The notes: generated by a model not told the origin, from the letters alone. Positions 37,595 to 49,780 are shown, counted from the first letter of the stretch. The stretch is 64,000 nucleotides of DNA from an uncultured delta proteobacterium (GCA_963848295.1 CAWKDB010000004.1:128001-192000), one strand, 5' to 3'. Translations and numbers: made by a program.

Positions 37595-38557
37595 TTACAG
37601 GTGACCGAAGCCGATCTGGTCGACGCCCCGCACCGTGCGGCCCACGTTCGGGCCCATCGTCCAGCTCGCGCCCGAGTCATCCGAGATCAACACCTCGCCG
37701 TTGTCGCCGGCCGCGAAGCCGGTCGCGTCGTCCGAGTCCGGGTCCGCGATGTGGATCGCGTGGAGATCCGCGGTGCCGACATGCTGGACGTCGACCGCGC
37801 CGTTGACGTCGATCGTCGCGATCGCGCCACCGGCTCCGACCGCGACCGCGCTGCCGTCTTCGGCGATGCGGACGTCATCGAACACGAGGCTCGGATCGAC
37901 CGCGAGCGACTGCCAGGTCGAGCCCGCGTTCGTGCTCCTGGAGATGCCGGCACCGACCGCGATCACGAGCTCGCCATCGGGAGACACCGCGACCGTGCGC
38001 AGCCCGGCGATCGCGATGAGCTCGACGAGCTTGGTGCCATCGTAGGACCACACGCCTCCGTCGTCGCTGATCGCGAGCGTGGTGGGCGCTTCTTGCGCGG
38101 CGCTCACCGACCGGAAGTTGGTCGAGCCGTCGCCCAGGCTCTCCCACGTCGCGCCCGAGTCGGGCGAGGTCAAGAAGGCGCCGTTGCCCGCGAGGAACAC
38201 CGGCCCGTAGTCCTGAGTCGCGACCGCGCGGAGGTCCGCGGTCGTCGGGATCACCTGCGCGGTCCACGTCGTGCCCGCGTCCTTGGTGTAGAGCAGCGTG
38301 CCGGACGCACCGACGACCCACGCTTCGCCCTGATAGCGGCACGCGATGCCGCTGAGCGAGACGTCCGAGCCGAGGTCGTAGCCGGCGCCGACCGCGCCGT
38401 CGTCGCCGACGTTCTCCATCAGGCCGGCTTCACCGACGAGCCAGCCGCCGCCACCACCTCCGCCGCCGCCACCGCCACCGCCACCGCCACCGCCACCAGT
38501 TTTCTTGCAGCCGGTTGCAGCGAGCGAGGCAAAGAGGACGATCAGAGACGTGCGCAT
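37595..38557 (-). CDS. YCF48/BNR-repeat beta-propeller lipoprotein with poly-Gly linker
   Basis: ATGC lipobox; Asp-box repeats TKDAGTTW, SPDSGATW, STNAGSTW, SDDSGASW. Confidence 0.85.
   Translation of the reverse strand: MRTSLIVLFASLAATGCKKTGGGGGGGGGGGGGGGGGGWLVGEAGLMENVGDDGAVGAGYDLGSDVSLSGIACRYQGEAWVVGASGTLLYTKDAGTTWTAQVIPTTADLRAVATQDYGPVFLAGNGAFLTSPDSGATWESLGDGSTNFRSVSAAQEAPTTLAISDDGGVWSYDGTKLVELIAIAGLRTVAVSPDGELVIAVGAGISRSTNAGSTWQSLAVDPSLVFDDVRIAEDGSAVAVGAGGAIATIDVNGAVDVQHVGTADLHAIHIADPDSDDATGFAAGDNGEVLISDDSGASWTMGPNVGRTVRGVDQIGFGHL
38444..38497 (-). repeat. Poly-Gly codon run (18 Gly; GGTGGC hexamer repeats)
   Basis: Seen directly; in frame just after the lipobox. Confidence 0.9.
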
Positions 38558-38652
38558 GGTGGGCTCCTGAAGGGTGATGCTACCGACCCTTCGAGGAGGA
38601 TGGGCGGGAGATGTCGCACGCGGACCTACGCGAATCTCGGAACATCGTGTTT

Positions 38653-39012
38653 TCAAACCGGTAGGACGCCTGGCAACGACGAGATCAGGACGTCGGCTCG
38701 ATCGATCGCCCGCTCGGCCCGGGCGACGACATCGGGTGGGGCGAGTCGCTTCAGCTTCGCGAGCTTGACCACGCGCTCGAGCTCGCGCACCGCGATCCAC
38801 GCTCGATGATGAGCGCGCGAGCGCAGGCGACTACCGGGTGGCGCGGCGAACCCGTGCGCGAGATCGCCGCACGCGATCGCGAGGCCACCGACCAGATCGG
38901 CGCCGGGCATCGCCGGGACGAGATCTGCGAGTGGCGGGCCCGCGGCGAGCACGGCGCGGAACGACGGATGATGATCGAGAGGATGAGGAGGACGGGCACG
39001 GCGAACGGGCAT
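38653..39012 (-). CDS. Divergent four-helix-bundle protein (23S rRNA IVP/bAvd-like)
   Basis: DLAHG..AVRELE..LAKLKRL spacing parallels the family pattern NIAEG..SL.ELE..LA..LGY. Confidence 0.45.
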   Translation of the reverse strand: MPVRRARPPHPLDHHPSFRAVLAAGPPLADLVPAMPGADLVGGLAIACGDLAHGFAAPPGSRLRSRAHHRAWIAVRELERVVKLAKLKRLAPPDVVARAERAIDRADVLISSLPGVLPV

Positions 39013-39150
39013 GCGTGCGGTTACTTCACGTGGTGCGCCACCCCGCGCTCGTGCGGACTCGCGGACTTGCGCGGCCAAGTGTCCGACATGGCCGGATTCC
39101 GGCCGGATCTCGGCCAAGCTCGGACACGGCTGCTACAGTCCGCGACCACC

Positions 39151-40962
39151 ATGCAGTATCGCATCGGCCGCGAGCTCGGCGCGGGCGCGCTCGGACGCGT
39201 CGTCGAGCTGATCGATGACGACGGCGCCGTGTGGGCCGGCAAGATCTTGCACGCGAGCCAACAAGGCGACGGCCGCGCGCGCCGCCGGTTCGAGCTCGAG
39301 GCCAAGCTCCTCGCCGGGATCCATCACCCGAACTTGATCGCGGTCGAGGGCCTGGTCGAGGTCCAAGGTCACTGCGCGCTGCTGATGGAGCTCGTGCCGG
39401 GCTCGGACCTCGCTCACCTGATCGCGGTCGAAGCGCCGCTGGCTCCGGATCGCGTGATCGCGCTCGGGGTCGGCATCGCGGCCGGGCTCGCCGAGGCGCA
39501 TCGCGCCGGCCTGGTCCATCGCGATCTCAAGCCCGCGAACATCTTGCTCGGCGCCGACGGCACGCCGAAGGTCGGCGACTTCGGGCTCGCGCGCGCGACG
39601 TCATTCGCCGCGAGCGATCCGGATGCGGTCGCGGTCGCCGGCACGCCGGATTACATGGCGCCGGAGTCGGTCGATCCGCTCGCGATCGACGGCCGCAGCG
39701 ATCTGTACGCGCTCGGCTGCATCTTGTGCGAGCTGGCGACCGGCGAGCCGCCGTATCACGGCGCCACCGCATTCGCCGTGCTCCAGGCGCATCGCACCGA
39801 GCCGATCCCCGCGCTCGAGGCCGTGCCCGCGGGCTTGCGCCGCGTGATCCGCTGGCTGCTCGCGAAGTCGCCGGCCGATCGGCCTCAGTCCGCCGGCGAG
39901 GCGCAAAGCGCGCTCGAGAGTCTCGGCGACACGCATGCGACCACCGCGCTCGCGACGCTCGGCGACCCCCGGGTCGCGGGCGGCCGGCGGTGCGCGAAGT
40001 GCGGCGCGATCGGTCCCGCGTTGGTCCACGTTTGCTTCGCGTGCGGCGAGGCGCAGCTCGAGATCAGCGACGGTCCGGCGAGCGTGTTCGTCACCGGGCC
40101 GGGCGAGCAAGCGGCCAAGCTCGACGCCGCGCTACGGCTCAAGCTGTTGGCGTGGCTCGCCGCGAATCCGGCGCTCGGGTTGCACTCGAAGACCCTCGCG
40201 AAAGAAGTGCCGCGGCTGCCGTTCACGCTGATGTCCGGCATCGACGACGTCTCCGCGATCGCGCTCGTCGCCGCGCTGCGTGGGCTCGGGCTCGAAGCCG
40301 AGTGGTTGGTCGGCGGCCGGTTTGCGTTGCCCGCGATTCGCGGCAAGGGCTGGACGCTCGCGAAGCGAGTCGCGCTGATCGGCGTGAGCGGCGTGTTCTT
40401 CACGATGCGCGGCTCGGTGATCGGCATGGCGGTGGGCGCGATCGGGATCGGCGTCGCCTCGCTGTGGCACGGCTTCGGCGCCGGGGCGCGACCGGTCGCG
40501 AAGCTCGCGAACGGACAGGCGCGGGTCGCGTTATCGTCGGCGCTCGATGCGGCGCTCGCGCGCGTCGCGGCCGTCATACCGGCGATGGTCGCCGCTCGCC
40601 ACCGCGATACGCTGCGCGGCGTCGTCGAACGCGCGCTCGCGTTGCGCGATGCCATCGACCCGGCGCAGCGCGGTTCGCTCGAGCCGCAGATCGCCGAGCT
40701 CGTCGATCACGCCGCGATCGCGGCATCTCGGCTCGACCAGCTCGAGGCGCAGTTGTCGCCCGACGATCTGCGCTCCGACGACGCGGGCAAGCGCGAGAGC
40801 TGGCACGTCCGCGACCGCTGGGCCGGCCGGTTGCTGCAAGTCACCGCGTTCCTCGATGCGATGCGCGCGCGTGCGGTGATGGCGAAGGCCCGCGGCGCGG
40901 CCCAAGGTGATCTCGACGAGCTGCGTTCGCACATCGCGGCGCTCGAAGAGGTGTCGGCGTGA
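39151..40962 (+). CDS. Ser/Thr protein kinase with zinc ribbon, two TM helices and helical C-terminus
   Basis: GAGALG, AGK, HRDLKPANIL, DFG, GTPDYMAPE, DLYALG; CAKC..CFAC. Confidence 0.93.
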   Translation: MQYRIGRELGAGALGRVVELIDDDGAVWAGKILHASQQGDGRARRRFELEAKLLAGIHHPNLIAVEGLVEVQGHCALLMELVPGSDLAHLIAVEAPLAPDRVIALGVGIAAGLAEAHRAGLVHRDLKPANILLGADGTPKVGDFGLARATSFAASDPDAVAVAGTPDYMAPESVDPLAIDGRSDLYALGCILCELATGEPPYHGATAFAVLQAHRTEPIPALEAVPAGLRRVIRWLLAKSPADRPQSAGEAQSALESLGDTHATTALATLGDPRVAGGRRCAKCGAIGPALVHVCFACGEAQLEISDGPASVFVTGPGEQAAKLDAALRLKLLAWLAANPALGLHSKTLAKEVPRLPFTLMSGIDDVSAIALVAALRGLGLEAEWLVGGRFALPAIRGKGWTLAKRVALIGVSGVFFTMRGSVIGMAVGAIGIGVASLWHGFGAGARPVAKLANGQARVALSSALDAALARVAAVIPAMVAARHRDTLRGVVERALALRDAIDPAQRGSLEPQIAELVDHAAIAASRLDQLEAQLSPDDLRSDDAGKRESWHVRDRWAGRLLQVTAFLDAMRARAVMAKARGAAQGDLDELRSHIAALEEVSA

Positions 40963-42897
40963 ACCCGCCTGCGGCGATCGCCGGGCAACGCGTCGTCAGC
41001 GAGCCCCGGCGGTTGCGCCACGAGCTCGCGTGGTCGATCGAGCTGCCCGATGGCCGGCGCGCGGTGCTCGCCCAGCTCGTGCCCGAGCTCGCCGCCGAGC
41101 CGACTCTGCGCCGGCGCTGGGTCGTCGACATGGAGCGGATCGCCGCGTTGCCGGCAGGGCGGATCGCGGCGACGATCGCGATCGGCCCGCAACCGGATCC
41201 GCGCGCGGTCGATGCCGAGCCGCCGTGGCGGGTCCGGCTCGATCCGCCGGGCCAGACGCTCGACACCGTGCTGCGGCGCGCACCGCTGCCGATCGACGAG
41301 GTGATCGACCTCGGCGCGCGCCTCGCCGACGCGGTGCAGTCGCTCCACGCCGCGGGTGCGATCCTGCGCGACCTCGATCCGCGCAGCATCGTGGTCGGCG
41401 ACGACGGCGAGCTGTGGTTCACCGACGTCGGTCACGCGCGGCTCGCGATCTCTGTCGTCGCGCACGGCGTCGAGCCTCTTGCTCGAGAGCTCGCCGTACA
41501 TCGCCGCCGAAGCGTTGCTCGGCACCGTGATCGATGCGCGCGCCGACGTCTACAGCCTCGGCGTGGTGCTGTGGCGCGCGCTGACCGGCCGCGTGCCGTT
41601 CGAGGCCGCCTTGCTCGCGTCGCGCACCGAGCTGCCGAAGCTCGCGAGCGTGCGCCCCGACGTGCCGGCCGCGCTCGCCGCATTGGTGACGCGGTGCCTC
41701 GCGCACGAGCCCGAGGCGCGTCCGCCCACCGCGCGCGACGTCGCCGAGGCCCTGCGCGGTCGCGGCACCGACGTCGCGCTCGTCGTGACTCGCACGACCT
41801 GCCAGGCGTGCGGTGCGGTGATGCGGGCCGGCCTCCGCCTGTGCCTGACCTGCGGCAAGCAAGCGGTGCGGTTCCATCACACCGCGCCGGGTGACCTCGA
41901 CGGTGTCGCGATCGTGCTCGACAAGGCATCCGACGACGCGAAGTTCGTCGCGACGCTCACCGACTTCTTCGAGACCGTCGGCACCCGCGTGCCGAAGCTC
42001 AACTTCGTCGTCGGCGATCGCCGGATGTACAGCAAGGCCGAGCTCGCGCAGCGCCACGCATTGCCGGCCAAGCTCGTCGCGGATCTCGAGCCCGACACGA
42101 GCGTCGCGCTGGTCAAGCGCCTGCGCGACGCCGGCGTCAAGGTCCGCACGTCGACCCCGCGCGCGGAACGCAAGCGGCGGCGCCGCGTCCTCGGTGCGAA
42201 GGTGGCGGGCGCGCTCAGCACGGTCGGCGGCATCGCGGTGCTCGCGACCGGTGGTCACGCGGTGGTCGCGGCAGGCACGTTGCTGGTCCTCGTCGGTCTG
42301 TTCGCCGTGATGATCGGCGTGATGGGCGGTCGCCGGCTTCGGGGCAACGCGAAGCGCCCGGCGATCGGCGCGTTGCGTGCGGCGCCCGCCGCGTTGCCCG
42401 CGGGCGATGTCCACGTCGCCGCGATCGCGGGGGTGCTCGCCTCGGCAAAGGCCGCCGACGTCCGGCCACGGCTCGAGGAGCTCGCGGTCCTCGTGCAACG
42501 GCTGTGCGACGCCAAGGTCGCGGTCGCCGGTAACGCCGCCGATGCGGCCGAGCTCGAGCACCTCGCCGCGCCGGTCAAGCCGCTCGTCGATCTCGCGCGA
42601 ACGACGGTCGAGGCGATCGACGCGATCGATCATCAGCTCGCGACGCTCGACGAAGGCGCGATGGTGCGTGCGCTCGCGCGGTCCGAGGCCCGCCACGAAG
42701 CGGCGGCGTTGCGCGTCGACCTGCTCGCCGGGCTCGATACGCTGCGCGAGCTCGAGGACCAACGCGCCGTGCTGTTCGGCCGGTTGCTCGAGATCACGTC
42801 GCTCGTCCGCAGCGCGGTCGAGCTCGGGCTCGGTCACGCCGCCGCGGTACGGTCCGACGACCTCGAAGTCGCACACGCGCTCGCGGGCCTCGCGTGA
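40959..42897 (+). pseudogene. Degenerate kinase paralog with the same architecture; +1 frameshift near 41451 (may be an assembly error)
   Basis: LRDLDPRSI and TDVG in frame 40959; PYIAAE, DVYSLG, CQAC..CLTC in frame 41356; removing one T gives LAILSSRTASS. Confidence 0.75.
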
Positions 42898-43958
42898 CCC
42901 GGTGCTTCGTGATCGGCGACCCGCAAGGGCCGTTCGCGAAGGTGCTCGACGTGCTCGATCGCCACGGCGCGCTCGCCGGCGATCGCTTGGCCGGCGATGT
43001 CGTGCTGGTCTCGATCGGCGACCACTTCGACTACGACCATCGCGACCCGGCGTCCGCGCGGCGCGAGGGCGTGGCGTTGCTGCGCTGGTTGGCGAGCCAC
43101 GATCGAGACCAAGTCGTGCTGCTGTTCGGCAACCACGATGCGGCGCGCGTGATGGAGCTCGCGGCTCTCGACGACGGCGAGTTCGCGCGCGCGCAGCAGC
43201 TCGCCGGCAGCGACGTCGTGCGCTATCGCGCAGAGTTCCCGAGCCTACCGCCGCCGGGAGTCGTCGCGCGCGACTACGCGTCGTTCTCGGTCGAGCAGCG
43301 CGAGCTCGTGCAGGCGTTGCTGTTGTCCGGCCGGTTCCAGCTCGCCGCGACCTGCGAGCTCGACGACGGTCGCGTCGCATTGCTCACGCACGCCGGGGTG
43401 ACGCTCGGCGAGCTGACGCTGCTCGCCCTGACCGAACCGCACGACCCGCGCGCGATCGCTCGTGCGCTGAACGCGCAGCTCGCGCACGAGGTCGACGCCG
43501 TACGCACCGCGTGGCGAGCCGGACGCCCGGTCGCCCTGTCGCTCGAGCCGTGGCACGCCGCCGGCGGCGACGGGCGCGAAGGCGGCGGCTTGCTCTATCA
43601 CCGGCCGAGCAACCCGGCGCGCTACGACGACGCGCGCTACTCCGAGCTGTTCTCGGTGACCCGCGCCCGCCGGTTCGCGCCGCATCAGCTGCCGCGCTCG
43701 CTCGTCCAGGTCTGTGGCCACAGCGGGCACTCGAAGTGTCGCGAAGAGCTGGGTGCGTGGTGCACTCCAGCGGCCACCGCGCGCCAGCATGGCGGATTGC
43801 GCACGTTGCGGGTCGTCGGCGACACCGTGACCTACGACGTCGGCGTGCTCGCCCCGATCACCGATGCGGCCGATCTGATCCTGATCGACGGGGAGCTCCG
43901 CCGGGTGCCCGCGGCCGAGGTCGAGCTGCTGGGCGTCCGCGCCGTGCTCAGCGCTTGA
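42894..43958 (+). CDS. Calcineurin-like metallophosphoesterase
   Basis: IGDPQG, IGDHFD, GNHD, THAG, GHS; GTGA coupling. Confidence 0.85.
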   Translation: MTRCFVIGDPQGPFAKVLDVLDRHGALAGDRLAGDVVLVSIGDHFDYDHRDPASARREGVALLRWLASHDRDQVVLLFGNHDAARVMELAALDDGEFARAQQLAGSDVVRYRAEFPSLPPPGVVARDYASFSVEQRELVQALLLSGRFQLAATCELDDGRVALLTHAGVTLGELTLLALTEPHDPRAIARALNAQLAHEVDAVRTAWRAGRPVALSLEPWHAAGGDGREGGGLLYHRPSNPARYDDARYSELFSVTRARRFAPHQLPRSLVQVCGHSGHSKCREELGAWCTPAATARQHGGLRTLRVVGDTVTYDVGVLAPITDAADLILIDGELRRVPAAEVELLGVRAVLSA

Positions 43959-44193
43959 CCACCGCGGCGCCCCAACCGTCGTACGTCGCCGCGTGCTCGG
44001 TCGCGAGCTCCTCGAGGTCGCACGCGAGGTTCGTCAGCTGAAAGATCGCGAGGCTCGCGGGCTTCGACATCGTGAGCGCGCCGGGCTTCGCGTCGCTGCG
44101 GCGGAACCCTTGTTCGGCGAGCACGTGCTCGATCGCGGCGAGGCGATCGGGCTTGCCCCGGAACGCGACCTCGCGCAGCCGCATGTCACCCAT
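43948..44193 (-). CDS. Small RraB-like protein
   Basis: C-terminal LEELA..YDGWGA motif typical of RraB-type domains. Confidence 0.6.
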   Translation of the reverse strand: MGDMRLREVAFRGKPDRLAAIEHVLAEQGFRRSDAKPGALTMSKPASLAIFQLTNLACDLEELATEHAATYDGWGAAVVKR

Positions 44194-44278
44194 CGCGCAG
44201 GTTGTACCTCGTCGGCACGTAACAACCGTGCGACAGCGTGCTACGCCGAGCATGGGCGTTACGTCGATCAATTTGAAG

Positions 44279-46123
44279 ATGAGGACCATAGCCGCGTTCG
44301 CGTGCGTCGCTGCGCTTGCGGTGCGAGCTCGGGGAGCGCCCGCCGAGGCGAGCGCGCGCGCCGATGCGATCCGGGCCCACGAGGCGGCGCAGGCGGCCGA
44401 CCCCGGGCATTGCGAGGCGCCTGGATGCAGTCCGCAGCTGATCGCCGCATACGAACGAGCGGTCGCCGCGTATGACGCCTATCTCACGAGCTTCGCGAGC
44501 TTGGTGGGTGCGATCCAGCTTCGATTCTCCCGGGCACAGATTCTCTACTTCAAGCTCGGCCGGTACGAGCAAGCGGGCGACGACTACGCGATCGTCGGCA
44601 AGTCGGCCGGCCCGCTGCAGCGCGTTGCGTTGCTCGCCGCGATGGACGCGTTCGATCGTGCGCGCGGCAAGACGCCGAACACCATCGACGCGAAGTTGAC
44701 CGCCGTGGCCGAGGCCTACCTCGCTGCATTCGCAGGCGGACCCGATGCCGATGCGGCGATGTTTCACGTCGCGAAGCTCGCGCTCGATCGTGGCAAGGTC
44801 GGCAAGGCCGTCGATCTGTTCCGCGCCATCGTGACCCGCTATCCTCGCAGCAGGAACGCAGGGCCGGCCGGGGACGCATGGCTCGCTGCGCTCGACGAGA
44901 AGCGCGACTTCGCGGCGCTCGCGGCCACGGCGCGGACGCTGCGTGCGGCGCCCGCGTTCGCAGCCAAGGACCGGCAGGAGCGTCTGACCGGCCTGATCGT
45001 CCAAGCGAGCGAGCGCCAAGCGGCACTCGAGGCCCAGCCCGCGCGCGCGGCCGAGTGGTATCTGGCCGCGGCGGCCGAGCTCACCGGCGATCGCGCCACG
45101 AAAGACGAGATGAATGCCGCGCAGCTGTTCGCGAAGGCGAACGCGCTCGACCGGGCGCTGGACACCTACGTCGCCCTGGCGGCGCGGTTCCCGAGCGATC
45201 CGACCGCGGCTAAGGCGTTGTCCAGCGCTGCCGCGACCGCGGACCAGCTCGCGCAGTTCAGTCGCGCGGCCGAGCTCGCGGAGCAGCTCGCGGACATGTA
45301 CCCGAGGGATCCGTCCGCGCCCGACGCGCTCTTCAACGCGATGATGTGGCGGCGCGCGACCGGAGCACGCGATCGCGCGATCAGCGATGGCGAGCGGTAC
45401 GTTCACCTCGGCACCGGCCGCCGCGACACGGCCGACGTGATGATCGAGATCGCGCGCTGGCACGCGGAGGCGGGCGATCACGCGAAGGCCGAAGCCGAGC
45501 TCGCCGCGGTGGCGCACCAGTTCTCGAGCAGTCGCCAGGCATCGGTCGCTGCGATCGCCGCGGCGCGCGAGGCGATCGAACAGAGCAAGCTCGATGCCGC
45601 GAGCAAGTACCTCGCCGCGGTGACCGCGCCGCCGTTGCGCGGCGAAGCGCGGCTGGTGCAAGGCGAGATCGCCGCGCGCAAAGCCGCCGACCTCCACCTC
45701 GCCGGCCCGATGCCGCGACTCGGAGCCACGCTCGCCGCGAAGATCGCCGCGATGCGCGCCGCGCAGGCGATCTTCGCCGAGGTCGCCAAGGGGAGCGACC
45801 CGGCCCTGGTCGTCGCCGCGCTGGTGCGCAATGCCGCTGTGGCGGAGGGTCTCGCCAAGGAGATCGCCGCGTTCCGGGTGGCGCCGAGCGATCTCGGAGG
45901 CGGTGATCCGAGCGTCGCCGCCGCCGTGGCGAACCTCGTCACCGAGGCGACCACCCTGGACAAGGCCGCCTACGCGAAAGCGCTCGAGCTCGGTGTCTAC
46001 AGCGAAGACACGTTCGCGGCGCGAGCGGCGCTCGTGCGGCTCGGCGCTGCAGCCGCGGATCGCGAAGCGCGGACGAGCGACGATGCGCTGCCGCCGGATC
46101 CGCCGGTGATCGAGCGTCACTGA
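44279..46123 (+). CDS. Secreted TPR protein
   Basis: Signal peptide; repeated helical hairpins with YPRS/FPSD/YPRD turns. Confidence 0.8.
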   Translation: MRTIAAFACVAALAVRARGAPAEASARADAIRAHEAAQAADPGHCEAPGCSPQLIAAYERAVAAYDAYLTSFASLVGAIQLRFSRAQILYFKLGRYEQAGDDYAIVGKSAGPLQRVALLAAMDAFDRARGKTPNTIDAKLTAVAEAYLAAFAGGPDADAAMFHVAKLALDRGKVGKAVDLFRAIVTRYPRSRNAGPAGDAWLAALDEKRDFAALAATARTLRAAPAFAAKDRQERLTGLIVQASERQAALEAQPARAAEWYLAAAAELTGDRATKDEMNAAQLFAKANALDRALDTYVALAARFPSDPTAAKALSSAAATADQLAQFSRAAELAEQLADMYPRDPSAPDALFNAMMWRRATGARDRAISDGERYVHLGTGRRDTADVMIEIARWHAEAGDHAKAEAELAAVAHQFSSSRQASVAAIAAAREAIEQSKLDAASKYLAAVTAPPLRGEARLVQGEIAARKAADLHLAGPMPRLGATLAAKIAAMRAAQAIFAEVAKGSDPALVVAALVRNAAVAEGLAKEIAAFRVAPSDLGGGDPSVAAAVANLVTEATTLDKAAYAKALELGVYSEDTFAARAALVRLGAAAADREARTSDDALPPDPPVIERH

Positions 46124-46146
46124 GACACACATGACACGAGCACGAG

Positions 46147-47769
<1,623 letters not shown>

Positions 47770-47822
47770 CTCTATTCGTTTACCATGGGAAATCTCGGAA
47801 CGGATCTATGCGTTTGCCTGCC

Positions 47823-48464
47823 ATGGTTCGCACCGCCTTCATCATCTTGGCCCTGCTCGCGAGTCGCGCCTACGCCGGGCTTGACTGTGACGATGCGACG
47901 GCGATCAAACAGCTCGAAGCGTTCGCCGCGGACAAGACGAAGGCCGACGCGATGGTGCACGACTACACGTGGATCTGTGTGGACGGGCTCGACCAGCGGT
48001 TCAAGCCGCGGCTCGAGAAGGCGTGCCGCAAGATCCTCGATCGCGACGGCGACGGCAGCGAGTGCGTGACCGCGGTGGCGGCCGTCGGCATCGGCAAGCT
48101 CGGCGACCACGATATCTTCACGCTCGTCACCCAGCTGCCGGAGAATCCGATCGAAGCCTCGGGTGGCATCGGCTACTACAAGGCAGCGCTGCTCGCGCGG
48201 ATCGGCGATCCGCGGGGTGCGCAGGTGCTCGTCGATATCTGGAAGGCGACGATTGCGAAAGCCGATGCCCGCGAGAAGAAGCACTGGGAGATGGCGAGCT
48301 GGAGCGGCTGGCGGCAATACACCGCCGAGGCGCTGGGCAAGCTCGGCGACGCCGACACCAAGACATTTCTCGAAGAGCAGGCCAAGGCGACGAAGGACAC
48401 GCACGTCCGCGACGCCTGCAACGACGCGGCCGCCGCGATCGCGAAGCGGCTCGCGAAGCCATAG
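47823..48464 (+). CDS. Secreted HEAT-repeat protein
   Basis: Signal peptide; AALLARIGDPRG and AEALGKLGD repeats. Confidence 0.75.
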   Translation: MVRTAFIILALLASRAYAGLDCDDATAIKQLEAFAADKTKADAMVHDYTWICVDGLDQRFKPRLEKACRKILDRDGDGSECVTAVAAVGIGKLGDHDIFTLVTQLPENPIEASGGIGYYKAALLARIGDPRGAQVLVDIWKATIAKADAREKKHWEMASWSGWRQYTAEALGKLGDADTKTFLEEQAKATKDTHVRDACNDAAAAIAKRLAKP

Positions 48465-48487
48465 AGGTTGCGTGTTATCAACGGCGC

Positions 48488-49780
48488 GTGATCGGCGCCG
48501 CGCCTCCTCGCGACCGCAAGCGTCGGTTCGTCAACTGGGCGCGCACCGTGCGCACGCCGCCGGTGACGTGGCGCGAGCCGACCAGCGAGGACGAGGTCAT
48601 CGCGGCGGTGCGCGAGCGACCGGGCAAGCTGCGGGTCGTCGGCGCCGGGCATTCGTGGTCCGCGATCGCCGCGCCCGAGCAAGTCGCGATGACGCTCGCG
48701 CGACTCGCCGGCGTGCTCGCGGTCGGCGACGGCACGGTCACCGTGCACGGCGGCACGCAGCTCGCCGCGCTCGCCGACGCGCTCGCGGCGCGCGGGCTCG
48801 CGCTGCCGATCGTCGGCTCGATCGCGCAGCAATCGGTCGCCGGCGCGATCGCGACCGGGACGCACGGCTCGAGCCTGGTCCACGGCAACCTCGCGAGCAA
48901 CGTGCGCGGCATGCGCCTCGTCACCGGCACCGGCGACGTGGTCGAGCTCGCGGCCGGCGATCCGCGGCTCGCGGCGGCGCGCGTCCACCTCGGCGCGCTC
49001 GGCGTGATCACGCAGGTGACGCTCGGAGTCGAGCCGGCGTTTCGCCTCGCCGAGACGATCGAGCAAGTCGCGATCGCGGACGTGCCGGCGGCGGTCCAGA
49101 CGATCGCGGCGAGCGCCGAGTACGTGAAGATCTGGTGGCTGCCGCACACGCGAGCGGCGAGCGTGTTTCGCTATGCGCGCACTACCGCAGCGGAGGCGAC
49201 GCCCGGCGCGGCGGCGCGCTGGCTCGACGAACACGTGGTGAATGGCCTCGTGTTCGCGGCGGTGCTCGGCGTCACGCGCCAGCGCCGCGAGTGGATCCCC
49301 GCGATCAACCGCGCGGTAGCGAGGGTCTACTTGAATCGCGCGCAGCGGATCGGTCGCAGCGATCGCATGTTGATGACCGCGATGCCGCCGCGCCACCGCG
49401 AGACCGAGGCGGTCGTGCCGATGGCGCGAGCCGGCGAGGCGATCGCTCGGACGGTCGCGCTGATCGATCGCGAGCGGGTGCGCGTGAACTTCCCGCTCGA
49501 GGTTCGGTTCGTGGGCGGCGACGATGGTTGGCTGTCACCCGCGGCCGGCGGCGACGTGTGCCAGCTCGGCGCGTACATCGGCGAGACCTCCGACACCGAG
49601 CGGTTCTTCGCCGCGTTCTGGCGCGAGCTGCGCGAGCTGCATGCGCGACCACATTGGGGCAAGGAATTCGACCATGCGCCCGCCGAGCTACGCGCGCTGT
49701 ACCCGCGGTGGGATGACTTCGCGGCGCTGCGCCGCGAGCTCGATCCGCGCGGGATGTTCACGCCGCGTTGCCTCGGGTAG
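48488..49780 (+). CDS. FAD-linked oxidase (arabinono-lactone oxidase family)
   Basis: NWA, VGAGHSWS, ATGTHG, LGALGVI, FPLEVRF, RPHWGK, DPRGMF. Confidence 0.9.
   Translation: MIGAAPPRDRKRRFVNWARTVRTPPVTWREPTSEDEVIAAVRERPGKLRVVGAGHSWSAIAAPEQVAMTLARLAGVLAVGDGTVTVHGGTQLAALADALAARGLALPIVGSIAQQSVAGAIATGTHGSSLVHGNLASNVRGMRLVTGTGDVVELAAGDPRLAAARVHLGALGVITQVTLGVEPAFRLAETIEQVAIADVPAAVQTIAASAEYVKIWWLPHTRAASVFRYARTTAAEATPGAAARWLDEHVVNGLVFAAVLGVTRQRREWIPAINRAVARVYLNRAQRIGRSDRMLMTAMPPRHRETEAVVPMARAGEAIARTVALIDRERVRVNFPLEVRFVGGDDGWLSPAAGGDVCQLGAYIGETSDTERFFAAFWRELRELHARPHWGKEFDHAPAELRALYPRWDDFAALRRELDPRGMFTPRCLG

Noticed and set aside
38444..38497. GGTGGC run as a phase-variation tract
   Set aside because: Unit length is a multiple of 3, so it only changes linker length
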